A stretch of 64,000 bases of DNA from Chiloscyllium plagiosum. Lineage: Eukaryota. The notes beneath the pieces were generated by a model. That model searched no databases, was not told the origin of the DNA, and worked only from the letters and a program-made list of their open reading frames with translations. How positions within the stretch are numbered: position 1 is the first letter of the stretch; the number at the start of each line of letters is the position of its first letter. This document shows, one piece after another, positions 1 through 12,253 of this stretch. A program made the position numbers and the translations under genes. The stretch covers positions 9,373,492-9,437,491 of the forward strand of contig NC_057749.1 in the NCBI RefSeq assembly GCF_004010195.1. The letters are read 5' to 3'.

Positions 1-214
1 GTGGGACTCATTGGTTAGCATTCAAAAATGTAACACAGGCATTTGTCTGAATTGGTTCCCTTTTGTACTGCGTGATATTAGGGTTAGTAAATAATACTTT
101 GCTCCCCTCAATCCTGCCTCACTTTAAAATGTCTGAAAGCTTTCCTTTTTTAGATCGAGTCTGAAACATACTTTGCAAGAAGCTAACAAAATATGCCTTC
201 AATCCTTACAGCAA

Positions 215-600
215 CAGCAAGATGCATTACATCATGCCTTTAACATTAAAATCCCCAAGATGCTTCAGAGGACTATTATTGGACATTTTTCACCATGCCA
301 CATATGGAAAAATTAGGAGAAGCGACTAAAAGCCTGGTCCAGAAGGCCAGTTTTAAGGAACATCTTAAGAAGTGGAGATTTTTGCGGGCGATTTCCACAA
401 CTTGGAGGTAATAGGCAGCTGAAGTCACAGCCACCAATGGAGGGGCAAAGAAAGTCACAGGTGCACAGGAATCCCAGAATTGGAGAAATGCAGGCATTTT
501 TAAAGGTTGTAGAATAAAGTTGGAATGGATGAGTGTTTGGACAGATTTAAGCATACAGATGACTTGTTTTAAATTGAGGCTTTGCTGGGCTGTCCTCATC
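215..600 (-). mobile_element. Old L2-like LINE 3' remnant
   Basis: Degenerate 'gcattacatcatgcctttaacattaaaatccccaagatgcttcag...ttttaaggaacatcttaa' pattern, related to segments at ~25.7, ~26.65, ~49.05 and ~59.8 kb; no intact ORF. Confidence 0.4.
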
Positions 601-1039
601 AATTGCAGTTTCCTAACAGATCTGCCATAAAAGCTATTTAGACTGTTTATTCTGTCATTCTGCAGAATGGAATGCTTCCTGTTTCCAGAGGCAGCAGCTT
701 ACAAAGCTCTGTTGAACCAGTGTTGATTTTCCCTGAAGCAATCCAAACCCGTTTCTTTCAGATTCCCACTGATTTGCAGTTTGCTACTAGCTTGTAGCCA
801 GTTAGCAAGATTCACCCCCATATTGTTTTACACAGTATGTTAAGAACCAGAGTTGAAATTCTATGGAAAATAAACCTATTTCTTTCCCTAACAGCCATAA
901 TTCAGGGATGTCAGTTCAAATAGCCATTTCCAGTTAATAACAGAAAATACTTAGCGCCTTACATGACTACCAGATGTGTCAATATGGTGAATTAAATAGT
1001 TTTGATGTATATAATAGTCGTTGTTGTAATTTAGAAAAG

Positions 1040-1400
1040 CTGGAATTTGCACACATCAAGTTTCCACACACAGCAACATGATAAAGACCAAACAATTGGT
1101 TCTTGTGATATTGATTGAGGAATAAATACTGACAATGTTACCAGAGATAACACCACTGCTCATTTTTGACATTGCACCATGTGATCTCTTACATCCACCT
1201 GACAGAGAAGGTAAGGCCTCAGTTTTGCATCTCATTTGAAGATTAGAACTCCCAACAGTGAAGTAGTATCTTTGTACCTTCCTTGTCTGTCAACCTTGAT
1301 TTTGGTGCACAAATCTGTACTTTGACACGTGAACACAAAAGCTTCTGGTTTAAGGGTTGAGAGATCCACTATCACCTTATAGCTTAAATGATGAAGCTCA
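1040..1400 (-). mobile_element. Old Deu-domain (SacSINE/AmnSINE-like) SINE remnant
   Basis: 'gattgaggaataaatactgac...ccatgtgatctcttacatccacctga' resembles the reverse complement of the Deu domain. Similar relics at ~8.5, 23.1-23.5, 28.6-28.8, 39.7-39.9, 41.7, 49.8 and 58.4 kb. Recognised by eye. Confidence 0.45.
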
Positions 1401-1799
1401 ACCTTCACATAAAGGTGTTCAACTTGGAGGGGTTAGGTATGGGGTGTTAAACTATGGACAATTCACTGATGAATTGTTTGACTTGAAAATGCTTCCAATC
1501 CACTTCAGTGTTATTGGCAGCAATAAGAACAAGAGAGATACTTGGCTGCCCGTGTGTGAGAGAGAATGTTGTACCCTCTACCATCATTTTCATAAGTCCA
1601 GACTACAAGATGCCACTAAATGTTGCAGCAGAAATCCAGACTCCTTGAGTGGAACTGTAACCTTGTTTCCTCGCTTTAACTCACAGGTGCTGAAGCCAAC
1701 TGTAGAACATTCTTTTCCTTTCGGAAGGTTAATTAACTGTTTATAGATCCAGGCTCAGACCTGGACATTTTTGGTTGTGCTCTTCATTAAAAAGTGTTC

Positions 1800-2130
1800 T
1801 TTTTCTGGCATGACATTGCATTTATTGTACATCCTTTAACTGAGCTTGGGAAGTAGGTGGTGAGCTATTGCCTTGACCTGCTACTGTTCATGTGGTGAAA
1901 TGCTCAAACAGTTTTGTTAGGCAAGGAGTTCCAGGATGTTGACCCAACATGATGAAGGGAAGGGGATATATTTGCAGAGTGGAATGTGGTGTGGCTTGAA
2001 GGAAATTTATTCGTGGTGATCCTCCTGTGTATCTGCTGTCTTTGTCCTAATCAGTGAAAGTCATGGATTTGGGAGCTGTTGTCAGTTAAGCCTTGGTGAC
2101 TAGGTACAAATGGCATGGCTCATACCCAGT
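1800..2130 (-). mobile_element. CR1/L2-group LINE 3' remnant (family of 24266-25030)
   Basis: Degenerate reverse-complement similarity to the 3' end of the LINE at 24266-25030. Confidence 0.55.
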
Positions 2131-2729
2131 GATGCGTTGATTCAATGGGGGAAGTTTTTTTTTAAACTATGATTTCATGTCAGCTGAGTTCTGGAGCTCA
2201 TAGAGAATCACGTAGAGTTATGAATCAGCATGGAGTGAAGGGACTTTCCAGAATGGAGTTAAACTGAAGCTTGAATACTCGTCCAGTTCCTTGAAACCCA
2301 CTTAAAACAGTATTAGTTGAAACGGGTAACATGCTATCCTTGGCAGACTGCTTTTGAAACTGTAGACTTCACAGGATCAGAGACCAACAGTTGTTTAGTT
2401 TCACAAGCAACTATTGAGAGTCATTAAACCTTTTGAGTAGAGTTTAACTGCATGTAATAGAGTTTAACCGCAAGTTTTTTATTCACTCATGGGATGTGAA
2501 TGTTGCTGACTGGAATAGCATTTATTGACCCATCCCTAGTTGATCTTGAGAGATGGTGGTAAGCTACCTTTTTGAACCACTGCAATTCACATGCTGTAGA
2601 TAGGCCAATAATATCATTAGAAAGGGGATTTCCACAATTTTGACCCAGGGACACAGAAGTAACAGCAATTTATTTCCAAGTCAGAATGTTGAATGGTTTG
2701 GAGGAGAACTTGCAGTTGGTAGTTTTCCC

Positions 2730-2763
2730 TTCCTGAAGAAGGGCTTATGCCCGAAACGTCGAT
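2730..2763 (+). ncRNA. Minimal type-I hammerhead ribozyme, family A, intact core
   Basis: CUGAAGA (2733-2739), A, GGGC-uuau-GCCC, GAAA-CG-UC; palindromic ACGU stem III; short stem I. Confidence 0.8.
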
Positions 2764-2859
2764 TCTCCTGTTCCCTGGATGCTGCCTGACCTGCTGCGCT
2801 TTTCCAGCAACACATTTTCAGCTCTGATCTCCAGCATCTGCAGACCTCACTTTCTCCTC
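2730..2859 (+). mobile_element. Solo PLE terminal repeat, family A, 130 bp
   Basis: Same sequence as the terminal repeat on the PLE RT/GIY-YIG body at 8315-8405. Perfect 11-bp TSD gtagttttccc at 2719-2729 and 2860-2870. Confidence 0.9.
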
Positions 2860-3229
2860 GTAGTTTTCCCATGCTTCTGCAACCCTTGTCCTTCTAGATG
2901 AAAGTGCTTGTGAGTTTGGAGGGCCTTTGGTGAATTCCTGCAGTGCATCTTGTAGATAGTATACACGGCTTGTATTGGGCAATGGTGGCTGAGGGAGTGG
3001 ATATTTGTGAATGTGAATCAAGTGATCTGCTTTGTCCTAGATGGTGTCAAGCTTTTTCAGTGTTATTGGAGCTGCCCCCATCCAGGCAAGTATCCTAAAT
3101 ACGATATTTTCTAAGGTACATTTGCACCATTAAACACAAAGAAAAGCAACATGTGATGGTCCTGAATCTCTTTTTTGGTGCTTGCATTCTCAATACCTGC
3201 TAGAAAGGTTTCTATTGAGAAAGATTACA

Positions 3230-3660
3230 ACACAAACGCTTTGCACTTTGAGGTGATATCATGCAAAATGCACCAGTTAATGATGATTGACAGCTAACAA
3301 GCAGACTCTGCAAAGCATGCAACAAAGTGTTCAATATATGTGATTCTGCAATTGGATCACAGTTCCTGGATAATCCTAAGTGTGCAAAGAATTACATTGA
3401 CAACTGATTTAGAATTGTCATAATATTGTGCGCTGGACTGTGCATTGAAGCTATATATATTGTAACAGTTGATCTTTGCAGACAGAAAGAACATATACAT
3501 AGACTGTGCTTGTTTCAAATCAACAAAATATGGTGAGAACTATTCTCCAGTTCATTTCTAAGACAATATTTTGATAGTTCACAATTAACCTGCCTGTTTT
3601 AATAGTTAAACAATGCCTGGCATTTAACTGTCATTCGTCATTAACTGATGCCTTTTCCAT
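3230..3660 (+). mobile_element. Old PLE GIY-YIG C-terminal remnant (separate family)
   Basis: Manual translation in pieces: CDSAIGSQFLDNPKCAKNYIDN*FRIV...IEAIYI...DLCRQKEHIHRLCLF, typical of PLE endonuclease C-termini. Confidence 0.6.
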
Positions 3661-3744
3661 GGCAACTGGTTGGGAGGTTAGACTTGTGCTGATGGGAAGT
3701 GTTAGATTTTTCCTTTTTATACCAACCTATTCAGAGACAAAGTA

Positions 3745-3985
3745 TAACATCACACAACACCAGGTTATAGTCCAACAGGTTTATTTGAAATCGACTTTCC
3801 CAGTGCTGCTCCTTCATCAAGTGGTTGTGGAGCAGGATCAGAAGACAGAATTTATAGCAAAAAGATTCTGAGTGTTATGGTCCGAAAGCTAGTGCTTGCA
3901 AATAAACCTGTTGGACTATTATCTGGTGCTGTGTGATTTTTAACTTTGTCCACCCCAGTCCAACACTGGCTCCTCCACATCATGG
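3745..3985. mobile_element. Fold-back mini-element, family C
   Basis: Inverted arms 'tcacacaacaccaggttatagtccaacaggtttattt' and 'aaataaacctgttggactattatctggtgctgtgtga'; same family as 35322-35540; partial hammerhead remnant (ccGAAAGCUAgug). Confidence 0.75.
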
Positions 3986-4060
3986 CCTGTTCAGAGACGT
4001 TATCATACTCACTTTGAACCCAGGCCCCCCAGATCCGAGGCTGGGATACTACCACCAGAG

Positions 4061-4260
4061 ACCGAGAGTGTAGTGCTGGAAAAGGATAGCAGGTCAGGCA
4101 GCACCCGAGGAGCAGAAGAAACTGCGTTTCTTCCTGATGAAGGGCTTAAACCCGACACGTCGATTCTCCTGCTCCTGGGATGCTGCCTGATTTGCTGTGC
4201 TTTTCCAGCACCACTCTACTCTTGACTCTGATCTCCAGCATCTGCAGTGCTGACTTTCTC
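4061..4260. mobile_element. Fold-back PLE mini-element, family A
   Basis: Inverted arms; TSD ctaccaccagag (4049-4060) / ctatcaccagag (4261-4272); hammerhead GAAA mutated to GACA. Confidence 0.85.
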
Positions 4261-4699
4261 CTATCACCAGAGGCCCCAGAGTGTAAGACTTGAGCTGAGC
4301 TCCCAATGTAAATCAGCCCTTCAGTGATATTTGAGTTTCCCGTGTACATTGCAGCTCTACACTGCGTGATCTCGCCCCATTTACGTTGCCGGAAATTCTC
4401 AGCCATAATTAGGCAGCAATTAAACCAAGAGTCACTGGGCAAGATTGAAATTTGGCTGCAATAAACTCAACCCTTAAAGAAGTTGTTGGGATACATGCAC
4501 AGAGGCGTTTTGTTTTCAGCTGTTAATCCTAGTATTCCAACGTTTTGTTTGTGTTTTTTCTCTCTCTCTCTGCAAACATTCCACAGTTGTGAATTAGAGG
4601 CTCTGTGTGTACTTAGTCATGATTTTTATAGGAAATTATATCCTTGAAAAAAGTTAAGCAAAATAAAGTGAGCACTTTTTAAAATTAACTCCCCCCCCC

Positions 4700-6090
4700 G
4701 TTACAGAGGGAACAAAATCACGTTGCATTTCTGTAGCGCTTTTTCGGGATGTGCCAAATTGCCTTTGCAGCCAATGGGAGTCTTTGGAATTGTCATCACT
4801 TGTTGCAATGTCGGAAGCTGGTGCTTCGCGTGAGAGGGCCGCTGCGTGTCCGGCCCAGCAGCCGAGTGACGAGTGATACTGGTTGGCGTGCGGTTTCCGT
4901 GTACCTTTCCAAGCCAGATTTCTCATTCACACGAACATGACCCTCTTCCAACCCGGGGCTCACCGCTCACTTTCAAAATACACGACCGAGTCCAAAGCGA
5001 AACCACTTCTGCGCCTCTCCTGTGCCTTTACAACTGCGGCCCCCAAGGCGGCTGAAGGGTAAATAAATCCCTCTAATCTCTGGCTGAACCACTGAATTGA
5101 AAAAAAAATGCAAGAGTTTGAATTGAGCCAGAGAGAACATTAAGGTGACCTCCAATGCACTTGATCTGGTTTATATTTATTACCTAAAATTACTAAAGTG
5201 ACTTGTTTGTTTTTCAATGAAACGGACCTAAAAACCAAATCGCTTTTGACAGTGTGCAGTGTGTGTGTGTCAGCCTGTCAGAAGGGGTTACTGAACGATC
5301 ACGCACTGTTGAGTTAGCTCCCTGCTGCCGGACGCGGTGGTTGGGAGCTGCGTTCAACAACTCTGAGCAATGATACACTATCGAAGGTATGTGTTGTGCA
5401 CTGGCGGCTTGCATGCCAGCCACTTTGCTGACAAGTTTGTCTCGCACCAACCCCATTCACTCTGCAAAACTTAAAAAGGAATGCCTCATCTCTTGCGATG
5501 GCTGAAGCCGCAGGAACTTTCCACACACGCTCAGAAAAAAAAAAGCAAAACAAAACTCTCCCTCCTTTTGCAAAGGCGACTTTGGGTTTCTTCTCATTTA
5601 TAAAACTTTATGTAAACTGATGTCGCCCGAGGCTGAAAGAAAGCTATTGGCACCTTAGTTCCTCTGGTGATTTTCTTTAACAATTCAGCAAATGGAATGT
5701 TTCCAAGTGGCAGCAACAATAGTTGGAGGTGTATTTCGAGAGTGCAAACAGCTTTTGAAACTGCCACTTCACTCCCTCCCCCCGGCCATTCTCCTCAATG
5801 TTTGCGTGCGACCAGTTCATCACTATTCTCATCTCCCTCCTCTCTGTCTGTCACTTCTGGTTTCGGACAGAACATGATCTTCAGCGAAGTTTTATTTTTC
5901 CCTCTTGCCGAAAACGTTTTCTTTCAAACCTGTGCATCGTCTGGGAGGCACAACCAAACCACCAGCCACCCCACCCACAACCACCTCTCACTACCTTTTT
6001 GCAAAACATGAATATTCAGAGTGACAAGAGGGGGAAAGAACAAGACTTGCCGTTCATCACACCCTCCACCACGCACAATAAAGCCTCTTT
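4700..6090. promoter_or_regulatory. CpG-enriched non-repeat island, candidate promoter/first-exon region
   Basis: Visibly higher CpG density than the flanks; no recognisable repeat; donor-like AAG|gtatgt at 5386/5387. Confidence 0.4.
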
Positions 6091-6518
6091 ACATAGAAAC
6101 AAAGAGATAGGCCATTCGGCTGTTGGACCCTGCTAGGTTATTCAGTTTGACCACGGCTGATCATACACCTCAGTGCTCGGTTTCCGCTTTCTCCGCATAT
6201 CCTTTAGTCGGAAGAACAATGTATAATCTCCTTCTTGAAAGTCAGTGAAGTATTTTGCAAGTCTTGCTCCTGGAGTTAGTATGGGAATTCCATTCGTGCG
6301 CTGCAAAGTGCAATGACAGCGAGGAAGGAACTGACCAGATGATATTCTTAATCAACAGTTCAGACATGTTTCAGATCTTTGGAGCAGGTGGGACTTGAAC
6401 CCAGACCTCCTGGCTCAGAGGTGGTGCCTCAATCTCTACAGCACAACAGGCCCTGACTGGCATGACCAGATAACCTGTGTTGAAATTTTATTACTGACCA
6501 GGGCACTTGATTGGGACC

Positions 6519-6675
6519 AGAAAAGCACAGCAGGTCAGGCAGCACCCGAGGAGCAAGAAAATCGACTTTTCGGGCAAAAGCTTTTTCCTGGTCCTTGGAT
6601 GCTGCCTGACCTGCTGTGCTTTTCCAGCAAAACACTCTCAACTCTGCTCTCCAGCAACTGCAGTCCTCACTCTCA
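6519..6675. mobile_element. Fold-back PLE mini-element, family A, hammerhead largely deleted
   Basis: Inverted arms 'gaaaagcacagcaggtcaggcagca' / 'tgctgcctgacctgctgtgcttttc'. Confidence 0.8.
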
Positions 6676-6767
6676 CCCATTTGAGTGGGTCCTCAAGGTC
6701 TATATTTGAACTGGTATCTAACGAGTCTATTACATTCACCTGAAACTGCTGGTGGGGCTTGAAAATC

Positions 6768-6803
6768 ATTCCTGAAGAAGGGCATGTGCCCGAAACGTCG
6801 AAT
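6768..6803 (+). ncRNA. Minimal hammerhead ribozyme, family A, best-preserved copy
   Basis: AUUC-CUGAAGA-A-GGGC augu GCCC-GAAA-CG-UC-GAAU. Stem I AUUC/GAAU; stem II with a different loop from other copies; all core nucleotides intact. Confidence 0.85.
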
Positions 6804-6895
6804 CTTCTGTTCCCTAGATGCTGCCTGACCTGCTGTGCTGTTCCAGCAATAAAGTTTCAGCTTTGATCTCCAGCCTCTGCAGACCTCACTTTCTC
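6769..6895 (+). mobile_element. Solo PLE terminal repeat, family A
   Basis: Perfect 11-bp TSD cttgaaaatca at 6758-6768 and 6896-6906. Confidence 0.9.
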
Positions 6896-7007
6896 CTTGA
6901 AAATCAGGTCTCATCTGAATGACAGGGTCTACAAAACTGCAGCTCTCTCCTCAGTACTCAATTTCTAATGTCAGGCTGAATTATGTATTGACATCTCTTG
7001 GATTGGG

Positions 7008-8405
7008 AGAAAGTGAAGACTGCAGATGCTGGAGGTCAGAGTTCGAGAGTGTGGTCCTGGAAAAGTCCATGAATCCCGCACCAACTGATTCTACCTCCCG
7101 AAGATTCACAAACCCGACTTCCCCAGTCAACCCATTGTCTCAGCTGGCTCCTGTCCCACTGAACTCATTTCTGCATACCTTTACACCATCCTGTCCCCCT
7201 TAGTCCAGGAACTCCCCACCTACGTTCAGGACACCACCCACACCTTTCACCTCCTCCAAGACTTTCGATTCTCCTTCTCTTTTGATGCTGCCTGACCTGC
7301 TGCGCTTTTCCAGCAACACATTTTTAAGCTCTGATCTCCAGCAGCTGCAGTCCTCACTTTCTCCCACCTGCATGGGCCCCAGCGATGCCTGCCTCTTTGT
7401 TGGGTACATGGAACAGTCCATCTTCCACACCATTCTCCACCTTTTCCTCCACTACACTGATGACTGTATCGGTGCTACCTCGTGCTCCCATGAGGAGATT
7501 CAACAGTTCATAAACTTCACAAACATCTTTCACCCCAACCTCAAATTCACCTGGACCATCTCAGACATTTTCCTCCCCTTCCTGGACCTCTCCATCTCTG
7601 ACGACCAACTAAACATGGACTCCCACAAGTACCTGGACTGCACCTCCTCCCACCCTGCCTTGTGTAAAAGCACCATCTCTTATTCCCAATTCCTCCACCT
7701 CCGCCAAATCTGTTTCAGGACGATGACATTACCACTAAAGCTAAAGTCAAAGGAAGGCTCCAAAGGATCCTTCCACATCCGACAGAAATTTACCTGTACC
7801 TCCACAAATGTTGTCTACTGTTTCCGTTGTACCCAAAGTGGTCTCCTCTACATCGGGGACGCCAATTTGTGGATCATTTCAGAGGATATCTCTGGGACAC
7901 CCGCACCAACCAACCCCACCGCCCTGTGGGTGAACATTTCAACTCACCACCCCCCCCCCCACAACTTCGCAAAGGACATGCAGGTTTGCCTCCTCCATTA
8001 CCAAACCCTAACCACCCGATGCCTGGAGGAAGAATGCCTCCATCTTCCGCCTTGGGATCCTACAACGACATGGGATTAACGTGGATCTCACCAGTTTCCT
8101 CATTACTGCTCCCCCGACCTTATTCCAGTCCCAAGCCTTCAACTCAGCACCACCCTCTTGACTTGTCCATCATTTTTCCCATCTATCCACTCCACCCTCC
8201 TCTCCGACCTATCACCTTCTCCCCCACCTTCATCTATCGATTGTATTCTCAGCTACCTTCCCCCCAGCCCACCACCTCCTATTTATCTCTCAGCCCCCCA
8301 GTCCACAAGCCTCATTCCTGAAGAAGGGCTTTTGCCCGAAATGTCGATTCTCCTGCTCCTCAGATGCTGCCTGACCTGATGTGCTTTTCCAGCAACATAC
8401 TCTCG
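7008..8405 (+). mobile_element. Penelope-like retroelement, internally deleted (RT + GIY-YIG + terminal repeat), with an inverted terminal piece
   Basis: ORF 7282-8079 has MGPSDACLFVGYME...YTDDCIG...HPNLKFT...LPFLD...YLDCTSSHP (PLE RT/thumb) and FTCTSTNVVYCFRC..LLYIG (GIY-YIG). TSD atctcttgga(t/g)tggg at 6993-7007 and 8406-8420. Confidence 0.92.
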
Positions 8406-11400
8406 ATCTCTTGGAGTGGGGTTTGAATTCACAATCTTCTGTAACCTGGAGACAAGAGTTCATCCAGTGAGACAATGCTAACATTGTGCTGTTGTATTAT
8501 CCGTTTGTGATGGGGGAGAGGGGCTGCAATGCCACTCTTTGGATGAGATGTTAAACTCATGCTTTAGGCAGGGCTTTAGGCCATCCCATGGAACTATTTG
8601 AACAGTCAGTGGCAGCAAGATGTTGAATTGATTGATTAGCATTCTCTTTTTTTTGTCTGCGATCTTGCTACGCAGCCGATTGCCTCATTGGCCCACAGAA
8701 GAGGTCAGTGCACTTTAACGCGATTCATTCTGTGTGCAGCAGTTTCAAATGTTTCTTTCAGACAGGATGTATGATTCATCAAGGCAAGGCTTCAGTTCCC
8801 ATGCCTGTCTCCTATTTCTTCATTTTTGAAGATTCCCTGTGTTTTTACATTGCAGCAGACACCATCTATGAAGTCCTGCGCCAAGTAGAATTTCCTGGCA
8901 TCAGACTTGGACTTCACAGAATCACAGAATGGTTAAAGCTCAGGAGGTGGCCCTTTGATCCATCGTGTGTGCTCACTCCCCACAGGAGAAACTTACTCTG
9001 TGTCACTCTTCATTACCCTGTATATTCTTCCTCTTCAGATAATAATCCAGGTTACTCTTGAGTGTCTCGGTTGAACCTGCTTCAACCACAATAAGGCAGC
9101 ACATTCGAGATCCTAAACACTCACTGTGTGAAATAGTTCATATCTCCCTTGGCTTTTTTTGCTAATCACCTTAAATCTGTGCCCTCTCGTCGCCATTCAC
9201 TAATTTGAATCTGCTATTTCTTGTCTTGAAATGTTGATTTAAGTTGCAATACCTTCTTTAAGCTGTCTGAAAACTCAGGCAGGTAGCTGAAGTTTGGGTT
9301 GCAGCCAGGCAGAACCATGTTTACATAGTTTGGCTCCAGCCTGACTGGAATTCTGATGGTCCTTCTCAGGAGAGAGCTGGTGCATACGTGCACTTCTCCA
9401 GACAACTGGAAATTTAAGCTGAGGTCAGGTAGGCTCAAAAAATGCCTTTGGTCCAAGGGAATACTTACTGTAAATCATATTTTGATGCCACAGTTGATTG
9501 ACAGCCCCATGTGGTTTCAAGTCAAATTGATAGGAGTCTGTGGCCCAGGGAGCCTCTTTGCTGCCTCTGTCCAGAATCACAACAGGCCCCAGACCCCAGA
9601 TCCATATTGTAAATTATGAAGTGCAATGGAAGGCATCAGACCTACAGAGTGCTTCTCTTAAGGTCAGTTCAGTCACCTTCTGAAGATTGTGAAGCATGTT
9701 ATTCCAATCTGCAAGCACTTTGTTTCTTGTATTTGAAAGTCATAAAATAAAAAAAAGTGCTGAGCGAAAAATATGTGTTAAACTTCTTTTTTGACAGAGA
9801 CCTTAAGGTTATGGATCAGTGACTTCAGCAATGATCTTCTCAACAGATTTTGATGGGATTGTGCTTTACATGACCTCATTAAAAGACCTTGATGCTGCTT
9901 TCAAAACAATGGTTAATGATTAGTGCCTTTCTGGAGTATTGCCTGTGGACCAGACTGCACTGGCTTAGCTTCTCACGCAACAGGTCAAGCAATTCAAGGA
10001 CAGCACTTCAGTTAACTACCAAACCGTTGTTCTAAACAAAACTTTATCATAACCGCTGCAACCCTTTAATTCTCTGGCTGTGGTGTGGTGTGCTTAGATT
10101 AAAATTGGTTTTAAGTAAGTCAGGATGCTCATCTGCAATGAATGAAAAGTCTCATCAAACTGGAATTCCAAATTACTGTTATACCACTTGCATGTGAAAG
10201 GAAAGGGATGTTACCCAATGCACACACCATTCAGTAGAATTTAATTTGATTTGATTTATTGTTGTCACATGTATATAAGTTCAATGAAAAGTTTTGTTTT
10301 GTGTGCAGCACAGGCAGATCATAGCAAATAAGGACATACAGATGGTAGGTTGAAAGCAGAGTTCCTGAATATGAACATTAGTGAAATATGTTTTTTAAGG
10401 AATTTGCCGATTTCCTGTAAATTATGATGGAACATAGAATGGAAAATTAAACCCGTGTCTGTGGTATGAATGTTTTTGATCTTTATGCAGATTAATTTAA
10501 TGTCAGGACTGGGCAAAGCAGCTTTGTCATATCCAGATTCCCAGGATCTGCAAACGAGGTTTGATTTTGAAGAGAATGGAATAAGCATCAGAATATTCAG
10601 TTGGTGTCACTTGTTGTGATAAGGAAGGGGAGACCATGGAGAAATGTGTAGATAAGGAATGTCCATTATCCTGTTGGTGGGGAGGAGAAACAGTTAATCG
10701 AGATTGGTGAGGACAGGAATGAATGGTAAGCTGGACACAATGCAGGATAAGATGTTGACTACAGGACTTTGGACAATCTGTGGCTCACGAACAATGAATC
10801 TTGGGCAGAGCATTGAAGAAATTGAGCCAGGAGATGATGAAAGAACCCATCCGAATATCACTGACAGAGAAGTATGTGGGAATGCTGTGGAGCTAGAATC
10901 GGAAAGCTTTGATGATGAATATGATAGGAGTTTGAATGATCAGCACTAAGCCAAGAGATGACAACAGGATTGTATACTGTTAGTTTCAGCTTGTGAGAAT
11001 CACTGGGAACAGGATCAGGATCAGGTTTGGAGTTTAAAGCCTCCAGGTGCAGTATGGCCAACTAACATTTCCTCTGATCTTTTCCAACCTCAGAGTGTAC
11101 CTAAGTGATGTACTTTGCTTCCAAATTATGCAGCATCATATCAGCATTGCAACGGCCTTCCCAAACTGTACATGAATTTGCAAGTGTTGGTGTTGCTGGA
11201 GACCTGCATATATAGACATAAAAAACCTGATGGAACTCTTGACTGATCAGACAGGCACTCCAACACCAAATGAAAGTTTTTAAACTTAACATTGAACTTT
11301 CTGCCCCCACTCATTCCTGTCTTTACACTAATTAAGGTGGTCATCTGAATGAGATTTCATGATGCATGGCTCCAACTTGTGAGGAGGGCTGAGCTCACTT

Positions 11401-11676
11401 TTAATGTTCCTTTCCTTAGTGATTCAACTGGATGTGTATAATCCCATGGCATGGTGCAATGAGCAGTAAAGTGTTCATTTTCTGTCTTGACCTATGTCCT
11501 GAACATTTGAGCAGCCCCACCAAAAATATGTTCAATGTCAGTGCACAGAAACGTGTACAGAAAGGTTGATGTATCTGCTTACAATATAATTTTCTTTTGC
11601 ACTTCAAAGTAATTCATTATACATTGAGGTGCTCTGACATTACTGACAGATGAATCAAAAAAACTATGTAGATATT

Positions 11677-11778
11677 GTTCTGAGGAAGGGGTCACTCAAC
11701 CCGAAACATTAACTCTGATTTCTCTCCACAGATGCTGCCAGACTTGCTGAGCTTTTCCAGCAATTTCTGTTTTTATTT
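11677..11778 (+). mobile_element. Hammerhead-type terminal-repeat unit, family B
   Basis: cUGAGGA-aggggtcactcaaccc-GAAA-ca-UUa followed by the family-B body 'actctgatttctctccacagatgctgccagac'. Confidence 0.75.
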
Positions 11779-12152
11779 ATTTATGTAGGTGCACTGTTTC
11801 TCTCAAAAGGTCCCATTTTCCTTTTCACGCCCCCTTTTGGTAGCCTCCTATATAATCCAACCTCTGTAAGTTAATCATTGGAATAAAAACTCTTTTATGA
11901 GTAATCTACCATTCTGTTAATGTTCAAGAAAGAAGACAGATGGGATGAGTCTCAAGGTAGTAACAGATGTGAGTATTCACATGATCCTAAAGCACTTTCA
12001 AGGATTATTTTTGAAGTTTGTAATTTTATCTGGCAAAGACTTATTATGAATTTGCTGTGGACTTGCAATTCATTTCACATGATCCCAACTTTCAGGGTAA
12101 ACTTGTGTTTTTGCACTGTGCAGCTGGCCAGGAAATTGGAGGTCTGTTGTCT

Positions 12153-12253
12153 CGAAACAAAAACAGAAATTGCTGGAAAAGCTCAGCAGGTCTGGCAGCA
12201 TCTTTGAAGAGAAATCAGAGTTAATGTTTTGGGTCTGATGACCCTTCCTCAGA
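12153..12253 (-). mobile_element. Family B unit
   Basis: Reverse complement of 11677-11778; hammerhead degenerate. Confidence 0.75.

Larger units (their letters stand above)
2475..3090 (-). mobile_element. CR1/L2-group LINE 3' fragment interrupted by a PLE mini-insertion
   Basis: Reverse-complement similarity to 24540-25030 ('gggatgtgaatgttgctgactggaatagcatttattgacccatccc', 'tggagctgcccccatccagg'). Confidence 0.7.

Noticed and set aside
1357..1746. 129-aa ORF
   Set aside because: No protein-family signature; starts within a SINE relic; length is compatible with chance.
10480..10949. Acidic 81-aa ORF (10704-10949) and neighbouring short frames
   Set aside because: No recognisable domain or convincing splice boundaries; the purine-rich sequence is more likely an old repeat in antisense.
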